From assembly GCA_041601615.1 (NCBI GenBank), contig JBFIHX010000006.1:96001-160000 (forward strand): a stretch of 64,000 bases of DNA, given 5' to 3'. This DNA is from Thermoplasmatota archaeon. GTDB lineage: Archaea; Thermoplasmatota; E2; JACPAO01; JAHFTW01. A model generated the notes under the pieces. That model saw nothing but the letters and a program-made list of their open reading frames with translations. It made no database searches and was not told where the DNA came from. This document shows positions 54,489-64,000 of the stretch, piece by piece. Numbering within the stretch: position 1 is the first letter of the stretch; the number at the start of each line of letters is the position of its first letter. The position numbers and the translations under genes are program-made.

Positions 54489-57371
54489 TTACTCCAACGC
54501 AATGCCCGGTTTGAGGGGTCCCGCGATGGCCTTTTTCGGGTGTTCCGGCGCGTCTGGGTCGTCGGCGCGGTGGACCTCCACAGTGTTGACGCCTGCTTCG
54601 GCCGCAATGAACGCAACAGCAGCGGTAAGTGTGGCCGCTTCGTCAAGGCCGCCTAGGAGGGCGGTTTTTTGGGACTCCGAAAATTGGTTGACTTGGCTCG
54701 GAAGTTTGCCAGTGAACGCTTGCACCACCTTTCCAAGGCTTCGCATGTCGGCGTCCTGCATCACTTCGCCCATGAATTGGCCCATGGGGAATTTGCCGTC
54801 GGTGGCGGCAGCCATGCGGAGCGCCTTGGCGGTGAGGCCGGCTTTCCATGCAGGGGTTGTGAACAAGGCAAGCTTATCGCCGCCGCTTGCAAGCTTGTGG
54901 ACGGTCTTGATGTCATCCAGGACCGTTTGCAAGTAGTCTTCGGCTGCCAACGGAGCGGGATCCACAAGGCCGGGCTCGGGGAAGGCTGCCGTGGTGGCGA
55001 GCCCTTCGCCGCCGGCTCGCTCAAACATCTCTTCGGCGATGTGCGGCAGGATCGGGCATAGCGCTGTGGCCCAGTCTCGAACGATTGCTTGCAGGAGGTC
55101 GGCGTTGTTGCCGCCGCGTCGCTGGTACCAGCGCAGGGTCTCGGAGACACTGTAGACGAGTTCGCCCACAGCGCTGCGCAGGTCGTAGGACTCGTAGGCT
55201 GTGCGGGCGGTCGCGAGGTGTTGGTTCCAGGAGGATGTGAGCCAGGCATCCATGGGCCCAGCGCTGCCGGTTGCGGCCAGTGCGTCGTCGGCGGTGCGTC
55301 CGACGCGCAGAACTTGGCCGCGGTAGGTCATGACGATGTCGGGGTCCCACTCGATGTCCACGTGTGGGCTTCCGACGTGGCAGTAGTAGAGGCGCATCGA
55401 GTCTACGCCGTACCGCTTGGCTGCTCCGGGGATCGGCTCGGCGCCGCCCTTGGATTTGCTGATTTTGTTGCCGGCCTTCTGGGTGACCCACCAGTTGACG
55501 AAGATGCCCTTGGGGCGCATCGCGGGGTCGTTCAGGAGAGCGACGTTGTTCATGACGTAGACCGGGAAGTGCACGGTTTGGTGTTCTTTGCCGCCGAGGT
55601 TGATGTCCACGGGGCCAAAGTGCAGCACGTCGGCGCGTACTTCGTCCCAGAGTGGGGCTTCGGGGGCGCCGTGTCCGTTGATGACGTAATCGAAGAATTC
55701 GTCCGTCAAATCGTCCACGGCGAGCCGGCCGTCGTTGACGTAGAGGCTTACGAGGTAATACCAAGAATAGAACGTGGAGTCTGCGATGGGTTCGACGATC
55801 CAGTCTTCTTTGAACGGGAAGGGGGTACCGAGCCAGGAGCCACGCCGCACGCAGGCGCGATCTCCGAACCAGTCGAGGACGTTTGCGATGTCGTCTGCGT
55901 ACCTCTGAGGGTAGATCGACATGCCTGCGGCGTGCGACTTGGCCTCCGCAGTCCATTCGGGGTCACTGTAGGCGATGAAGTCCTGGTCCGGGATGCGTTT
56001 GATGTCCACGAGTTGCCCGGAGCGGCTGATGACGGTCTCGCTGAATTGGCGAAGAAGCCGTCCGGCCCCGGATTCGAGGAAGTCTGCCTTGATTTGGTCC
56101 TTGACTTCTTTGATGCGCTTGCCAGCGTACGGGCCGCAGGCGTCGGTGAGCACACCTTTGTTGAATTCGTCTGCGTACACTTCGTCGGTGGCGGCGTCAA
56201 GCGCCGCTTTGTCGTCTTGGTTCTGCACGTTGTGCTTGGCAAACGCGACGCGGGCGGGCAGGTCCGTGTAGCCTTCGATGGCGACAATCTGCGGCGGCTC
56301 GCCTAGGCGCTCCGGCAGGCCAGCGTCCACGTAGGCGGCCCAGTCGAAGGGTGCGTGTCCGGGAACGGACATGACAATGCCCGATGCGATGAGCGGATTG
56401 ACGAAGGTGCCTTGCACAACGGGTAGTTGGGCGCCGGTTACGGGTGCGGTGGCGGTTTCGCCGATGAGCGCGGTGCCGGGGACGGTGATTCCTAGTTCTT
56501 CGGCGCGCTCGAATTGCCACACAAGCTTCTGGGCGCCTTGTTTGGACACGCACCAGACTTCGCTGGAGTCGTCGTCGCCAACGTGGCCGTCTTTCCAGAC
56601 GCGCACCAATTCGTACTCGTGCTCTGGGTGGACCCAGAGGTTCGTAACGCCATACACGGTTTCGGGGCGAAGTGTAGCGCACGGCAAGACGATCTCATCG
56701 AAGTTGTCGTCTGTGTCCACGATGTCGCCGGCAGGGATGGTGAACCGGAGGGCGACGAATTCCTGGATTTCTGCGCTGCCGCCTTGGCTGATGTCGGTTT
56801 CGGACTTGTCCACGGCCACCGGGCCGGCGACGGGGCAAAACGGCGCGTAGTGGGGTTTTTGCACGAGGAAGCCAAGGTCATCGAGGCGCCGGAATTGCCA
56901 TTGGATGAATTTCTGGTAGCCCGGTTCGATCGTGGTGCAGTCGCGGCGCTCGTCGATGAGGAAGCCGAATTTTTTCCAGTAGTCGTATTGGTATACGTGC
57001 GCAAAGTAGTCTACGACCGCCTGTGGGTCCGTGAGGGCCGAGATGTCGCCATCGTAGCCGTTTTCGCGGAGATACTGGGTTTTCTCGCCGCGCTCTACGT
57101 CCTTGGCAAATGCGACAGCGGGGATGCCGGAGGCGTGGAAGCCTGCGGGAAACAGGACATTGTGGCCTGTTTGTCGCTTGTAGCGGGCAAACACGTCGGT
57201 GTAGGTGAAGCCGCGCATGTGCCCCACATGCAGATACCCTGAAATGCCGGGGTAGGCGAAGTGAATGAAGTAGCTCGGTTTCGTGTCGTCGCGCTCGGCG
57301 TGCTGGAGGCCCGCCTGCCACCACTTTGCTTGCCACTTCTCGGTGAGCGTGTCGAGTTCCCACTCCGCCAT
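54489..57371 (-). CDS. leuS: Leucine-tRNA ligase, archaeal type
   Basis: AYPGISGYLHVGH (HIGH), ATLRPETVYGVTN, SGIVMSVPGHAPFD editing domain, KISKSKG (KMSKS). Confidence 0.95.
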   Translation of the reverse strand: MAEWELDTLTEKWQAKWWQAGLQHAERDDTKPSYFIHFAYPGISGYLHVGHMRGFTYTDVFARYKRQTGHNVLFPAGFHASGIPAVAFAKDVERGEKTQYLRENGYDGDISALTDPQAVVDYFAHVYQYDYWKKFGFLIDERRDCTTIEPGYQKFIQWQFRRLDDLGFLVQKPHYAPFCPVAGPVAVDKSETDISQGGSAEIQEFVALRFTIPAGDIVDTDDNFDEIVLPCATLRPETVYGVTNLWVHPEHEYELVRVWKDGHVGDDDSSEVWCVSKQGAQKLVWQFERAEELGITVPGTALIGETATAPVTGAQLPVVQGTFVNPLIASGIVMSVPGHAPFDWAAYVDAGLPERLGEPPQIVAIEGYTDLPARVAFAKHNVQNQDDKAALDAATDEVYADEFNKGVLTDACGPYAGKRIKEVKDQIKADFLESGAGRLLRQFSETVISRSGQLVDIKRIPDQDFIAYSDPEWTAEAKSHAAGMSIYPQRYADDIANVLDWFGDRACVRRGSWLGTPFPFKEDWIVEPIADSTFYSWYYLVSLYVNDGRLAVDDLTDEFFDYVINGHGAPEAPLWDEVRADVLHFGPVDINLGGKEHQTVHFPVYVMNNVALLNDPAMRPKGIFVNWWVTQKAGNKISKSKGGAEPIPGAAKRYGVDSMRLYYCHVGSPHVDIEWDPDIVMTYRGQVLRVGRTADDALAATGSAGPMDAWLTSSWNQHLATARTAYESYDLRSAVGELVYSVSETLRWYQRRGGNNADLLQAIVRDWATALCPILPHIAEEMFERAGGEGLATTAAFPEPGLVDPAPLAAEDYLQTVLDDIKTVHKLASGGDKLALFTTPAWKAGLTAKALRMAAATDGKFPMGQFMGEVMQDADMRSLGKVVQAFTGKLPSQVNQFSESQKTALLGGLDEAATLTAAVAFIAAEAGVNTVEVHRADDPDAPEHPKKAIAGPLKPGIALE

Positions 57372-57439
57372 GATAGGGCGGCGACTGGGGCGCGGGGTTT
57401 CAAGGTGTTGTCGTGAAGGAGCTGTGGAGGGAGTTGTCT

Positions 57440-58511
57440 TCAATCAATCCGCAGGCTCTCAATCATTACGGCGCAATGGCTGTGGGCCATGACGTCCATG
57501 GCGCCCAAGTGGCTCCAGTTTTGGATGGTCCTATGCTCGCATTCGTCTTCGACGGCCCCGAGGTAGGTGGCAAACAAGGCCCATGGATTTTCAAAGCCCA
57601 CTTCGGCGGCGATGGCGTTGAAATCTACGGTCTGCAAGGCGGAGAGGGCATTGGATTGGAGGTCCATGACGTAGTCGCGCTGGGTTTGCACGTCCGCGCG
57701 GGTGCCGAGGCGCGCCAAGTGTCCTCCGACGAAGGTGTCGAAGTCGAAGGAGAGCGCTTGGTCGTGGGCGGCGATGAAGGCTCGTACGTCTTCTGCCAGG
57801 GCGAGTTCAAAGAAGGGGGCCCAGCCGGGGAAAATGACGTCGACGAGCATCAGCACTTTCTGTTGCGGGGCCCAGATGAACAGGTTGCCCGGTTCGTGGG
57901 CTGGACCCAAATAGTGTAGTTCCAGGGTCTGGTTGCCAAGGGTTACGGTCAGCGAGTCGGCGAACGTGGTCGTGGGAAGGGGAACGGGCCCGCCTCCGAC
58001 CATGGCGCCAAACGGCACGACGCGCGTGGAGTCGGATTGCGTGGCTAGGTACGTTGCCGTGGCTTCGTGCGCGATGAATTCTACGCCCGGTGCGTCGAAA
58101 ACGGCGGCGGCTGCGATGTGGTCGGCGTGCGTGTGGCTGTAGACGACGTGCGTTACAGGAAGCAATGTTGTTTCGGCGATGGCTGCGGGCAGGGCCGCGC
58201 CCAGGTTGGGAGGTGCATCCACCACGATGACTCCCTCGGAACTGACCAGAAAGATTGCTTGGTACGCTCCGTCAGTTACCCAGTACAACCCGGATGCGAT
58301 CTCTTCGACGAGGTAGCCTTTGGCAGAGTCGATGGCCGGACCTAGGGCCGCAGCGGGAACCTCGGCGAACTGCGCTTCGGGTGCCGCGGGGGGGCGTGGT
58401 TGGGTTTTGGTCGTCGTCGCCTTCGTCGTCATCGTCCGTGCATCCGGCAAGCGATAGAAGGGCCACCATGAGAACGCAAAGGAGTGGGTGCAGTGGGCGC
58501 TTGGCGACCAT
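57440..58511 (-). pseudogene. MBL-fold metallo-hydrolase lipoprotein split by a frameshift in a C7 run
   Basis: Catalytic part (VVYSHTHADH, PAHEPG, VDV, VGGH) is in ORF 57440..58771. The signal peptide with lipobox LAGC is in ORF 58272..58526. Removing one base at 58388-58394 joins the two. Confidence 0.75.
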
Positions 58512-58934
58512 GATGCGCGACGCCACGCGCCGAGGTTAATCGTATTCCGCGTTGCGGGCGGGAAAGGGGAGGGCCCTGCGCCGTGGGTGTGGTGGGGGGG
58601 CTGCGGCGCAGGGGGTAATGGGAAGCTGCGAAATGCAGCAGGGTGCATGTCGCGGGCAAGGCAAGTGGGGATGAACAAGTGGGCAAGCGCGTTGTAGTTG
58701 CCTGGTTGGGCTACATTTCTCCGATATTCCCTGCGCCTTTGACAGTTTCGCGACGGTCCCCGATTATCCAAAATGGATTATGTGTCACGATGCGGGGCAA
58801 TTCAGATGAATTGTCCTCATTATAGCCAAAATACTTTTATATTACTCAAAATATTATTGTATCATATAAAATCATTCGCTTCGCAGGCGCGGTCGATTCA
58901 CGCACTTCATAACCGGAAGTGGGCTGGAACATGC

Positions 58935-59930
58935 ATGTTCCGAGACCGCGTGCTCCAGCACTACCGCACGAAGGGATACGCCCTTCGAGAGCGCGTCAAG
59001 GTACGAGGCCAAAGCGGCGCCGTCCATGCCTGCGACCTCGTCGCACAAGGGCCGCTTGGCAACCTCATCGTTCAATTCGAAGACTACGGCGGCTTTGAAG
59101 GACCGGAACTGGAGTCCGTTCGCCGCATCGCCCGCGACGTAGGCGCCGTCCCCGTCATCGCCGCCGAGCACGTGGGCGACACCATTCGCCGCCACGCCGA
59201 CCGCAACGGCGTCGTGATTCTGGACGCAAACGCCCTCACCGCACCTGCTCCCCGCGAAGTGCTCACCGCAACAACCGGAGGCGAATACCCGCCATGGCCC
59301 GCCGTGGACCGACCGCACCGACCCCGCACCGACGGCGACAAAGCCTCCAACGAACCAACGCGAGCCACGACCACTTCCTGGCCCTCCGACGGCACCGCTC
59401 GACCGAAAACCGCCGCGCGCATGGACCCCGGCGACGTAGACGAGCTTGTCACCGAGTGGAGCACCCGCGAGGAGCCCCGCCACACGCGCCGCGAAGACCC
59501 CGGATTCTGGCAATACAATCGAAAATCAGAGGCGACACCCAAGAAATCCGCCGCCGCCCCCGCAAGCTCCACTGCGGATGCCACGAATGCCGCCGTCGCA
59601 ACCGCCACCCACGCCGAGGCACGAGCCGGATTTGGCTGGCTGCATGAACAACAAGAGACCGCAAGCCCACAAAGGAAGGGCACCGCGGCACATCCAGAGA
59701 ACGGCCGACGAAGCACCGAGGCACACATTCGTCCCCCGCCGGTGCTCTTGCACAACGTAGACGCCTTCGTGGCCCCCGTTCGCAGCACCCGCGACGTATC
59801 GCCCGGTCTCGAACGGCGCCCCGAAACGGCACGACGCACCATGCTCCGATCCCTGGCAGGCTACGCCATCGCCGGCGCCGCAGCCGGAGCAGCATTCCTA
59901 GGAATCGGCCTCATCTTCGGAGCCTTCTGA
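58935..59930 (+). CDS. Mrr-like PD-(D/E)xK-fold domain + disordered linker + C-terminal TM
   Basis: KGY...VKVRGQSGAVHACDLVA...IVQFE, then a low-complexity Ala/Thr/Pro region and terminal hydrophobic helix GYAIAGAAAGAAFLGIGLIFGAF. Confidence 0.7.
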   Translation: MFRDRVLQHYRTKGYALRERVKVRGQSGAVHACDLVAQGPLGNLIVQFEDYGGFEGPELESVRRIARDVGAVPVIAAEHVGDTIRRHADRNGVVILDANALTAPAPREVLTATTGGEYPPWPAVDRPHRPRTDGDKASNEPTRATTTSWPSDGTARPKTAARMDPGDVDELVTEWSTREEPRHTRREDPGFWQYNRKSEATPKKSAAAPASSTADATNAAVATATHAEARAGFGWLHEQQETASPQRKGTAAHPENGRRSTEAHIRPPPVLLHNVDAFVAPVRSTRDVSPGLERRPETARRTMLRSLAGYAIAGAAAGAAFLGIGLIFGAF

Positions 59931-60131
59931 AGCGTCCGAATCAACCATCAGCGCCATGCGGTCTAGGCCCGCGCCGGAAACTTGCGCCATGACATCCTTG
60001 CGCATGCGCTCCAAGACCCACTCCTGAAAAACAGGGCTCATCTCGTAGTCCTCCGGCGGTACCGGCACCTCGCTCTGGCCCTCCATCACAGCTTGTTCGT
60101 ACGCATCCCAGGCAGCAGGGCGGTCTTCCAT
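59898..60131 (-). CDS. Small acidic hypothetical protein
   Basis: Starts MEDRPAAWDAYEQAV. The ATG overlaps the upstream TGA (TGATG). Confidence 0.5.
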   Translation of the reverse strand: MEDRPAAWDAYEQAVMEGQSEVPVPPEDYEMSPVFQEWVLERMRKDVMAQVSGAGLDRMALMVDSDASEGSEDEADS

Positions 60132-60283
60132 CAAACACCACGAGCCCATCCCGCTTCAAAACGCCATGCGGCAAGCACGAAGAGCAAGCAAGGCGCGCCC
60201 GTCGCCACCGCCACAGCGACCACCGCCGCAATCCCGGCGACCAGAAATACAGTACCCACCGAAAAATCGCGCACCCATTCCAT
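60131..60283 (-). CDS. 50-aa hydrophobic membrane peptide
   Basis: MEWVRDFSVGTVFLVAGIAAVVAVAVATGAPCLLFVLAAWRF. TTCAAAA (minus strand) about 20-25 nt upstream. Coupled to the next ORF. Confidence 0.45.
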   Translation of the reverse strand: MEWVRDFSVGTVFLVAGIAAVVAVAVATGAPCLLFVLAAWRFEAGWARGV

Positions 60284-60353
60284 CGACTCCGCTCCAAGGG
60301 GTTTTGAAGGATTGCCCTCCTGGTACGGGTGGGATGCATGAGGTGATGCCCTA

Positions 60354-62402
60354 GTGGCTGCAATCGCGGAAGAGCTCGCCAAGGGCCAGAAGGAAATCAG
60401 CGTTGCCGAATTCTTCGAGCGCAACCGCCAGATTCTCGGCTTCGACTCGCCCACCAAAGCGCTCATCACGAGCGTCAAAGAGGCCGTGGACAACGCCCTC
60501 GACGCCTGTGAAGAAGCCAACTTGTTGCCCGACATTGACGTGAGCCTGACGCCCACCGAACACGACGGCGAATACACACTCACCATCGAAGACAACGGAC
60601 CCGGCGTCATCAAGAAACAGATGCCAAACATCTTCGCCCGCCTCCTATACGGCAGTCGATTCCATGCCATTCGCCAAAGCCGTGGCCAACAAGGCATCGG
60701 CATCAGTGCCGTCGTGCTGTACGGCCAAATCACCACGGGCCACCACGCCGTCGTCACCAGCAAAATCGGCCGAGGCCAGCCCGCCGTGCGCATGGAACTG
60801 GGCATCGACACCAAAACGAACGAACCCAAAACCTACAGCACCCAAGCAGACCACTGGGAGAAGGACCACGGCACCCGCATCGAAGTCGTCATCAAAGGAC
60901 GCTACCAAGGCGGCAAACAATCGGTGTTCGAGTACCTACGCTCCACCAGCATCGTCAACCCCCACGCCAAAATCACCTTCACAGACCCCAGCGGCCAGTC
61001 GTTCCTCTTTGACCGCGCAAGCGACGAAGTGCCCCCCAAGACCGAATCCATCAAGCCGCACCCGCTCGGCACCGAACTTGGCACCATCCTCAAGATGACC
61101 AAGGCAAGCGAACACCGCAAAATGAGTACCTTCTTGCAGAAGGAATTCAGCAGCGTCGGTGCCGACACCGCCAAGAAACTCCTAGCAGAAGCCAAGCTCG
61201 AAAACATCAGCCCCGCCGACTTGAGCCGCGACGAAGCGCGCCGCCTGCACGCCGCCTTCGACAAGGTCAAGATCATGGCTCCGCCCACGGATTGCCTGGC
61301 ACCCATCGGCGAAACGCTCGTGCGCCGCGGCCTCAAGAAAGAAACCGAGGACGTCAGCCCCGAGTACATCGCAACCGTCACACGGCCCCCGTCGGTCTGG
61401 GGCGGCCACCCATTCCAAGTTGAAGTGGGCGTCGTGTACGGCGGCAGCTTGCCCAAGGACAGCCAAGTGCGCATCCTGCGCTTTGCAAACCGCGTCCCCC
61501 TGCTGTACCAACAAGGTGGCTGCGAAGGCACCCTCGGCATCCAAGCCGTCGACTGGCGCCGCTACGGCCTCGATCAACGCGGCGGCAAAGGCACACCCGT
61601 CGGCCCCGCCATCATCCTCGTCCACGTCGCCAGCACCAAGGTCCCCTTCACCAGTGAGGCCAAAGAAGCGATCGCGCCCATGGACGAGATCCACAAGGAA
61701 ATCCGCCTAGCACTTCAAGAAGCGGCCCGTGGCCTTGGGCGTCACCTTTCCAAGAAAGCAAAGCGCGCCAAGGTCAGCGAAAAATTCGACCTCGTCACCA
61801 AGATCCTGCCCGAGATCAACCGCAAGGCCGCCGTCATGCTCGGCAAACCCGAGGTTGACCTTGCCCCCATCGTCTGCAAAATCATGGACGTGGTCTGGAT
61901 CGACGACGTCACCGCCGAATACACCAAGCTCGAAGGCGCAACCCTCGCAGCTCCGGCACCAGCCGTGGTCGTCCCATCGCTGCCGCGGGAACCGGGCGCC
62001 GGCCCCATGACCCTCGACTCATTTGGAGGCGACGACGCGCCCGAAGCCGATGAGGAAACCGCCGCACCCGTCGCCGCACCGCCTGCCAAGCCCAAACAAG
62101 CCTTCGTAGGCAAAGCGACTGTGCCCATCATCAACTACAAGCAGAAGGCGCAGGCGTTCAAGCTCTATGCCGTGCTGCCCGACAACGCCGTCTTCGTGGA
62201 ATCCCAGCCACCCGCCAAGAAAGTCTCCGAGCGGTTCGTGCAGTGGGAGATCCCGAAACTGAGCCCCGCCGAGCGCCTGGAAATGACGTTCGATGTGGCC
62301 GGCATCGGCAAAGGCGACCTGGACGGCATCGACCTGTACGTGGAAGGCATCAACGAGATTCACGTCGTGGGCGCCGATCCATGGCACGGAGGGGAGGAAT
62401 AA
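60354..62402 (+). CDS. top6B: DNA topoisomerase VI subunit B
   Basis: [70 protein letters not shown] Shine-Dalgarno upstream. Confidence 0.97.
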   Translation: MAAIAEELAKGQKEISVAEFFERNRQILGFDSPTKALITSVKEAVDNALDACEEANLLPDIDVSLTPTEHDGEYTLTIEDNGPGVIKKQMPNIFARLLYGSRFHAIRQSRGQQGIGISAVVLYGQITTGHHAVVTSKIGRGQPAVRMELGIDTKTNEPKTYSTQADHWEKDHGTRIEVVIKGRYQGGKQSVFEYLRSTSIVNPHAKITFTDPSGQSFLFDRASDEVPPKTESIKPHPLGTELGTILKMTKASEHRKMSTFLQKEFSSVGADTAKKLLAEAKLENISPADLSRDEARRLHAAFDKVKIMAPPTDCLAPIGETLVRRGLKKETEDVSPEYIATVTRPPSVWGGHPFQVEVGVVYGGSLPKDSQVRILRFANRVPLLYQQGGCEGTLGIQAVDWRRYGLDQRGGKGTPVGPAIILVHVASTKVPFTSEAKEAIAPMDEIHKEIRLALQEAARGLGRHLSKKAKRAKVSEKFDLVTKILPEINRKAAVMLGKPEVDLAPIVCKIMDVVWIDDVTAEYTKLEGATLAAPAPAVVVPSLPREPGAGPMTLDSFGGDDAPEADEETAAPVAAPPAKPKQAFVGKATVPIINYKQKAQAFKLYAVLPDNAVFVESQPPAKKVSERFVQWEIPKLSPAERLEMTFDVAGIGKGDLDGIDLYVEGINEIHVVGADPWHGGEE

Positions 62403-62403
62403 C

Positions 62404-63519
62404 ATGGCCGACAGACCGCTCACCAAAGCACAGCGCGAAGCAGCCGCCATCAAGGCAATGGACGGCATCGCCAACAGCATCTACGGCAACCTCAAAGCCG
62501 GCAGCATTCCCGAACTGCAACTGTCCAGCCGCAACAAGAGCAACATCGTCTTCGATGAAATGCTGCGCGTCTGGAAGTACGGCGCCAGCATGACCACGCG
62601 CTCGGCCATGAAGACCGACGGCGCCTACATGCTCCTTCGCACCATGTACATGTCCGAATTCATCAAGGACATGGTGGGCCAAAACAAGTCCAGCACCCTT
62701 CGTGAAATGTACTACATCAGCGAAGGCTGGGAAATGGCCAAATTCGGCGCCCAGAGCGAATCCGACGGCCTCGCAGAAGACCTGGAGGTCATGACCGGCC
62801 GCCTGCGCGAGGACTTCAAACTGCGCCCCGAGGAAAACGGCGCCGCCATGATCGGCGACTTGAAGGTCCAGGAAACCACCCGCAATGGCACGCCCCGAAC
62901 CATCCATTGCCAGGACGACGTGGGCGACTCCGGCTACAACATCCCATACAACGTGGAACCGGACCGCCTCAAATTCAAGGACGTCAACATCGACTTCCTC
63001 GTGGCCATCGAAACCGGTGGTATGTTTGCGCGCTTGGCCGAAAACGAGTTCGACACCAAGGCCAACTGCGGCCTCATCCACCTCAAGGGGCAGCCGGCAC
63101 GAAGCACGCGCCGCCTCATCAAGCGGCTGAACGAAGAAACCGGCCTCCCCGTCATCGTCTTCACGGACGGCGATCCCTGGAGCTACCGCATCTTCGCAAG
63201 TGTTGCCTACGGCGCCATCAAGACCGCGCACATCAGCGAGTACCTCGCGACTCCGACGGCGCAGTACCTTGGCATCACGCCCTCGGACATCACCAACTAC
63301 GACCTGCCCAACGACAAACTCACGGACCGGGACGTGGACGCGCTCAAATCGGAGATGCTGGACCCGCGCTTCGACGACGAATGGTGGAAGGGGGAAATCT
63401 CCTACCAGTTGCAACTGGGCAAGAAATCGGAACAGCAGGCGCTGGCCAAGTACGGCTTGGATTTCGTGACCGACACGTACCTGCCCGAGAAGCTCACGGA
63501 AATGGGCATCTTGCACTAG
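62404..63519 (+). CDS. top6A: DNA topoisomerase VI subunit A
   Basis: STLREMYY (catalytic Tyr), AIETGGM, KGQP, FTDGDPW TOPRIM, KSEQQAL. Confidence 0.97.
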   Translation: MADRPLTKAQREAAAIKAMDGIANSIYGNLKAGSIPELQLSSRNKSNIVFDEMLRVWKYGASMTTRSAMKTDGAYMLLRTMYMSEFIKDMVGQNKSSTLREMYYISEGWEMAKFGAQSESDGLAEDLEVMTGRLREDFKLRPEENGAAMIGDLKVQETTRNGTPRTIHCQDDVGDSGYNIPYNVEPDRLKFKDVNIDFLVAIETGGMFARLAENEFDTKANCGLIHLKGQPARSTRRLIKRLNEETGLPVIVFTDGDPWSYRIFASVAYGAIKTAHISEYLATPTAQYLGITPSDITNYDLPNDKLTDRDVDALKSEMLDPRFDDEWWKGEISYQLQLGKKSEQQALAKYGLDFVTDTYLPEKLTEMGILH

Positions 63520-63646
63520 CGGCATTTCCTCGCCCTAGGTGGTCGGCGTGAAGCGCCGGCGACCTTCGGGGCCAGGGGCGGAGTCTCGAAACGGACACCT
63601 ACTTGTCCGCGAAGCGCACGGAAATGGGCATCTTGCACTTGCGGCA
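63472..63646 (+). repeat. Imperfect 53-bp direct repeat of the top6A 3' end (63472-63524 and 63594-63646)
   Basis: Identical 23-bp core CACGGAAATGGGCATCTTGCACT at 63495-63517 and 63617-63639. Confidence 0.85.
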
Positions 63647-63773
63647 GCCACGCACGGTGCACGTCGTCGCCCCGAGTGGAAGGCCGTGTTGGACAACGCA
63701 GTTTTGCAATGGTTCACGGACCTGAACGCGAAGGGATAGACGGGAAAGGGGAGAAGGAGAGCCGCAGCGGGGC

Positions 63774-63998
63774 CTAAAACAGATCAGATTCTGCACTTTT
63801 TTGGTACCAGAATGTGCAGGTGACGCTCCACGAGAGCGACCCACTCCAGCCGACCCAGCAGTAGAACGGGTCGGACCCACCGCCACCATCCACGTCCGCA
63901 CAGCGACCCGAGCCTCCGCCCAGGTACAATCCACAGGAGGCTTGCGGGCCGCCATCGCAGTACGCACCGGCTTGGATCCAGCCATTTCCAGACGCCTC
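63774..63998 (-). CDS. C-terminal part of a Cys/Gly/Trp-rich protein (start outside the window)
   Basis: Hand translation: EASGNGWIQAGAYCDGGPQASCGLYLGGGSGRCADVDGGGGSDPFYCWVGWSGSLSWSVTCTFWYQKSAESDLF*. Followed by a pyrimidine tract on the minus strand. Confidence 0.55.
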   Translation of the reverse strand, partial: EASGNGWIQAGAYCDGGPQASCGLYLGGGSGRCADVDGGGGSDPFYCWVGWSGSLSWSVTCTFWYQKSAESDLF

Positions 63999-64000
63999 CA

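Overview
This is a high-GC archaeal chromosome segment, most likely from a Thermoplasmatota lineage. The assignment rests on topoisomerase VI B/A, an archaeal-type LeuRS, aIF-2beta with a TRAM domain, Bat-type HTH and double wHTH regulators, PGF-CTERM-like tails and TATA-driven leaderless GTG/ATG starts. The left 27 kb is a cell-surface locus. Two giant secreted proteins lie on the minus strand: a >1,890-aa ORF missed by the ORF track because it runs off the window, and a ~2,300-aa beta-solenoid/Ig/FN3 lipoprotein. They are divergent from an operon of MoxR, a giant TSP3-like/Ig/DUF4129 protein, a DUF4350-DUF58 fusion, a membrane protein and a CARDB protein. A small Cys-rich secreted peptide / membrane TPR protein / wHTH cassette and tRNA-Val(GAC) follow. 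The middle holds a PKD surface protein, FadD, PurM, an MMPL-lipoprotein pair, an HTH-led atypical ccmABCDE cluster, an unannotated ~230-270-nt structured RNA candidate with an anti-Shine-Dalgarno loop, tRNA-Ser(GGA), PlsC and a second solenoid-repeat protein. The right part holds nfo, a CDGSH protein, aIF-2beta, LicD/GT2/CDP-alcohol transferase, gdhA, a mini-LemA, leuS, a frameshifted MBL-fold lipoprotein, an Mrr-like membrane protein and top6B/top6A. No CRISPR array, rRNA, integrase or transposase was seen. All domain calls come from reading motifs by eye, and GC statements are visual estimates.
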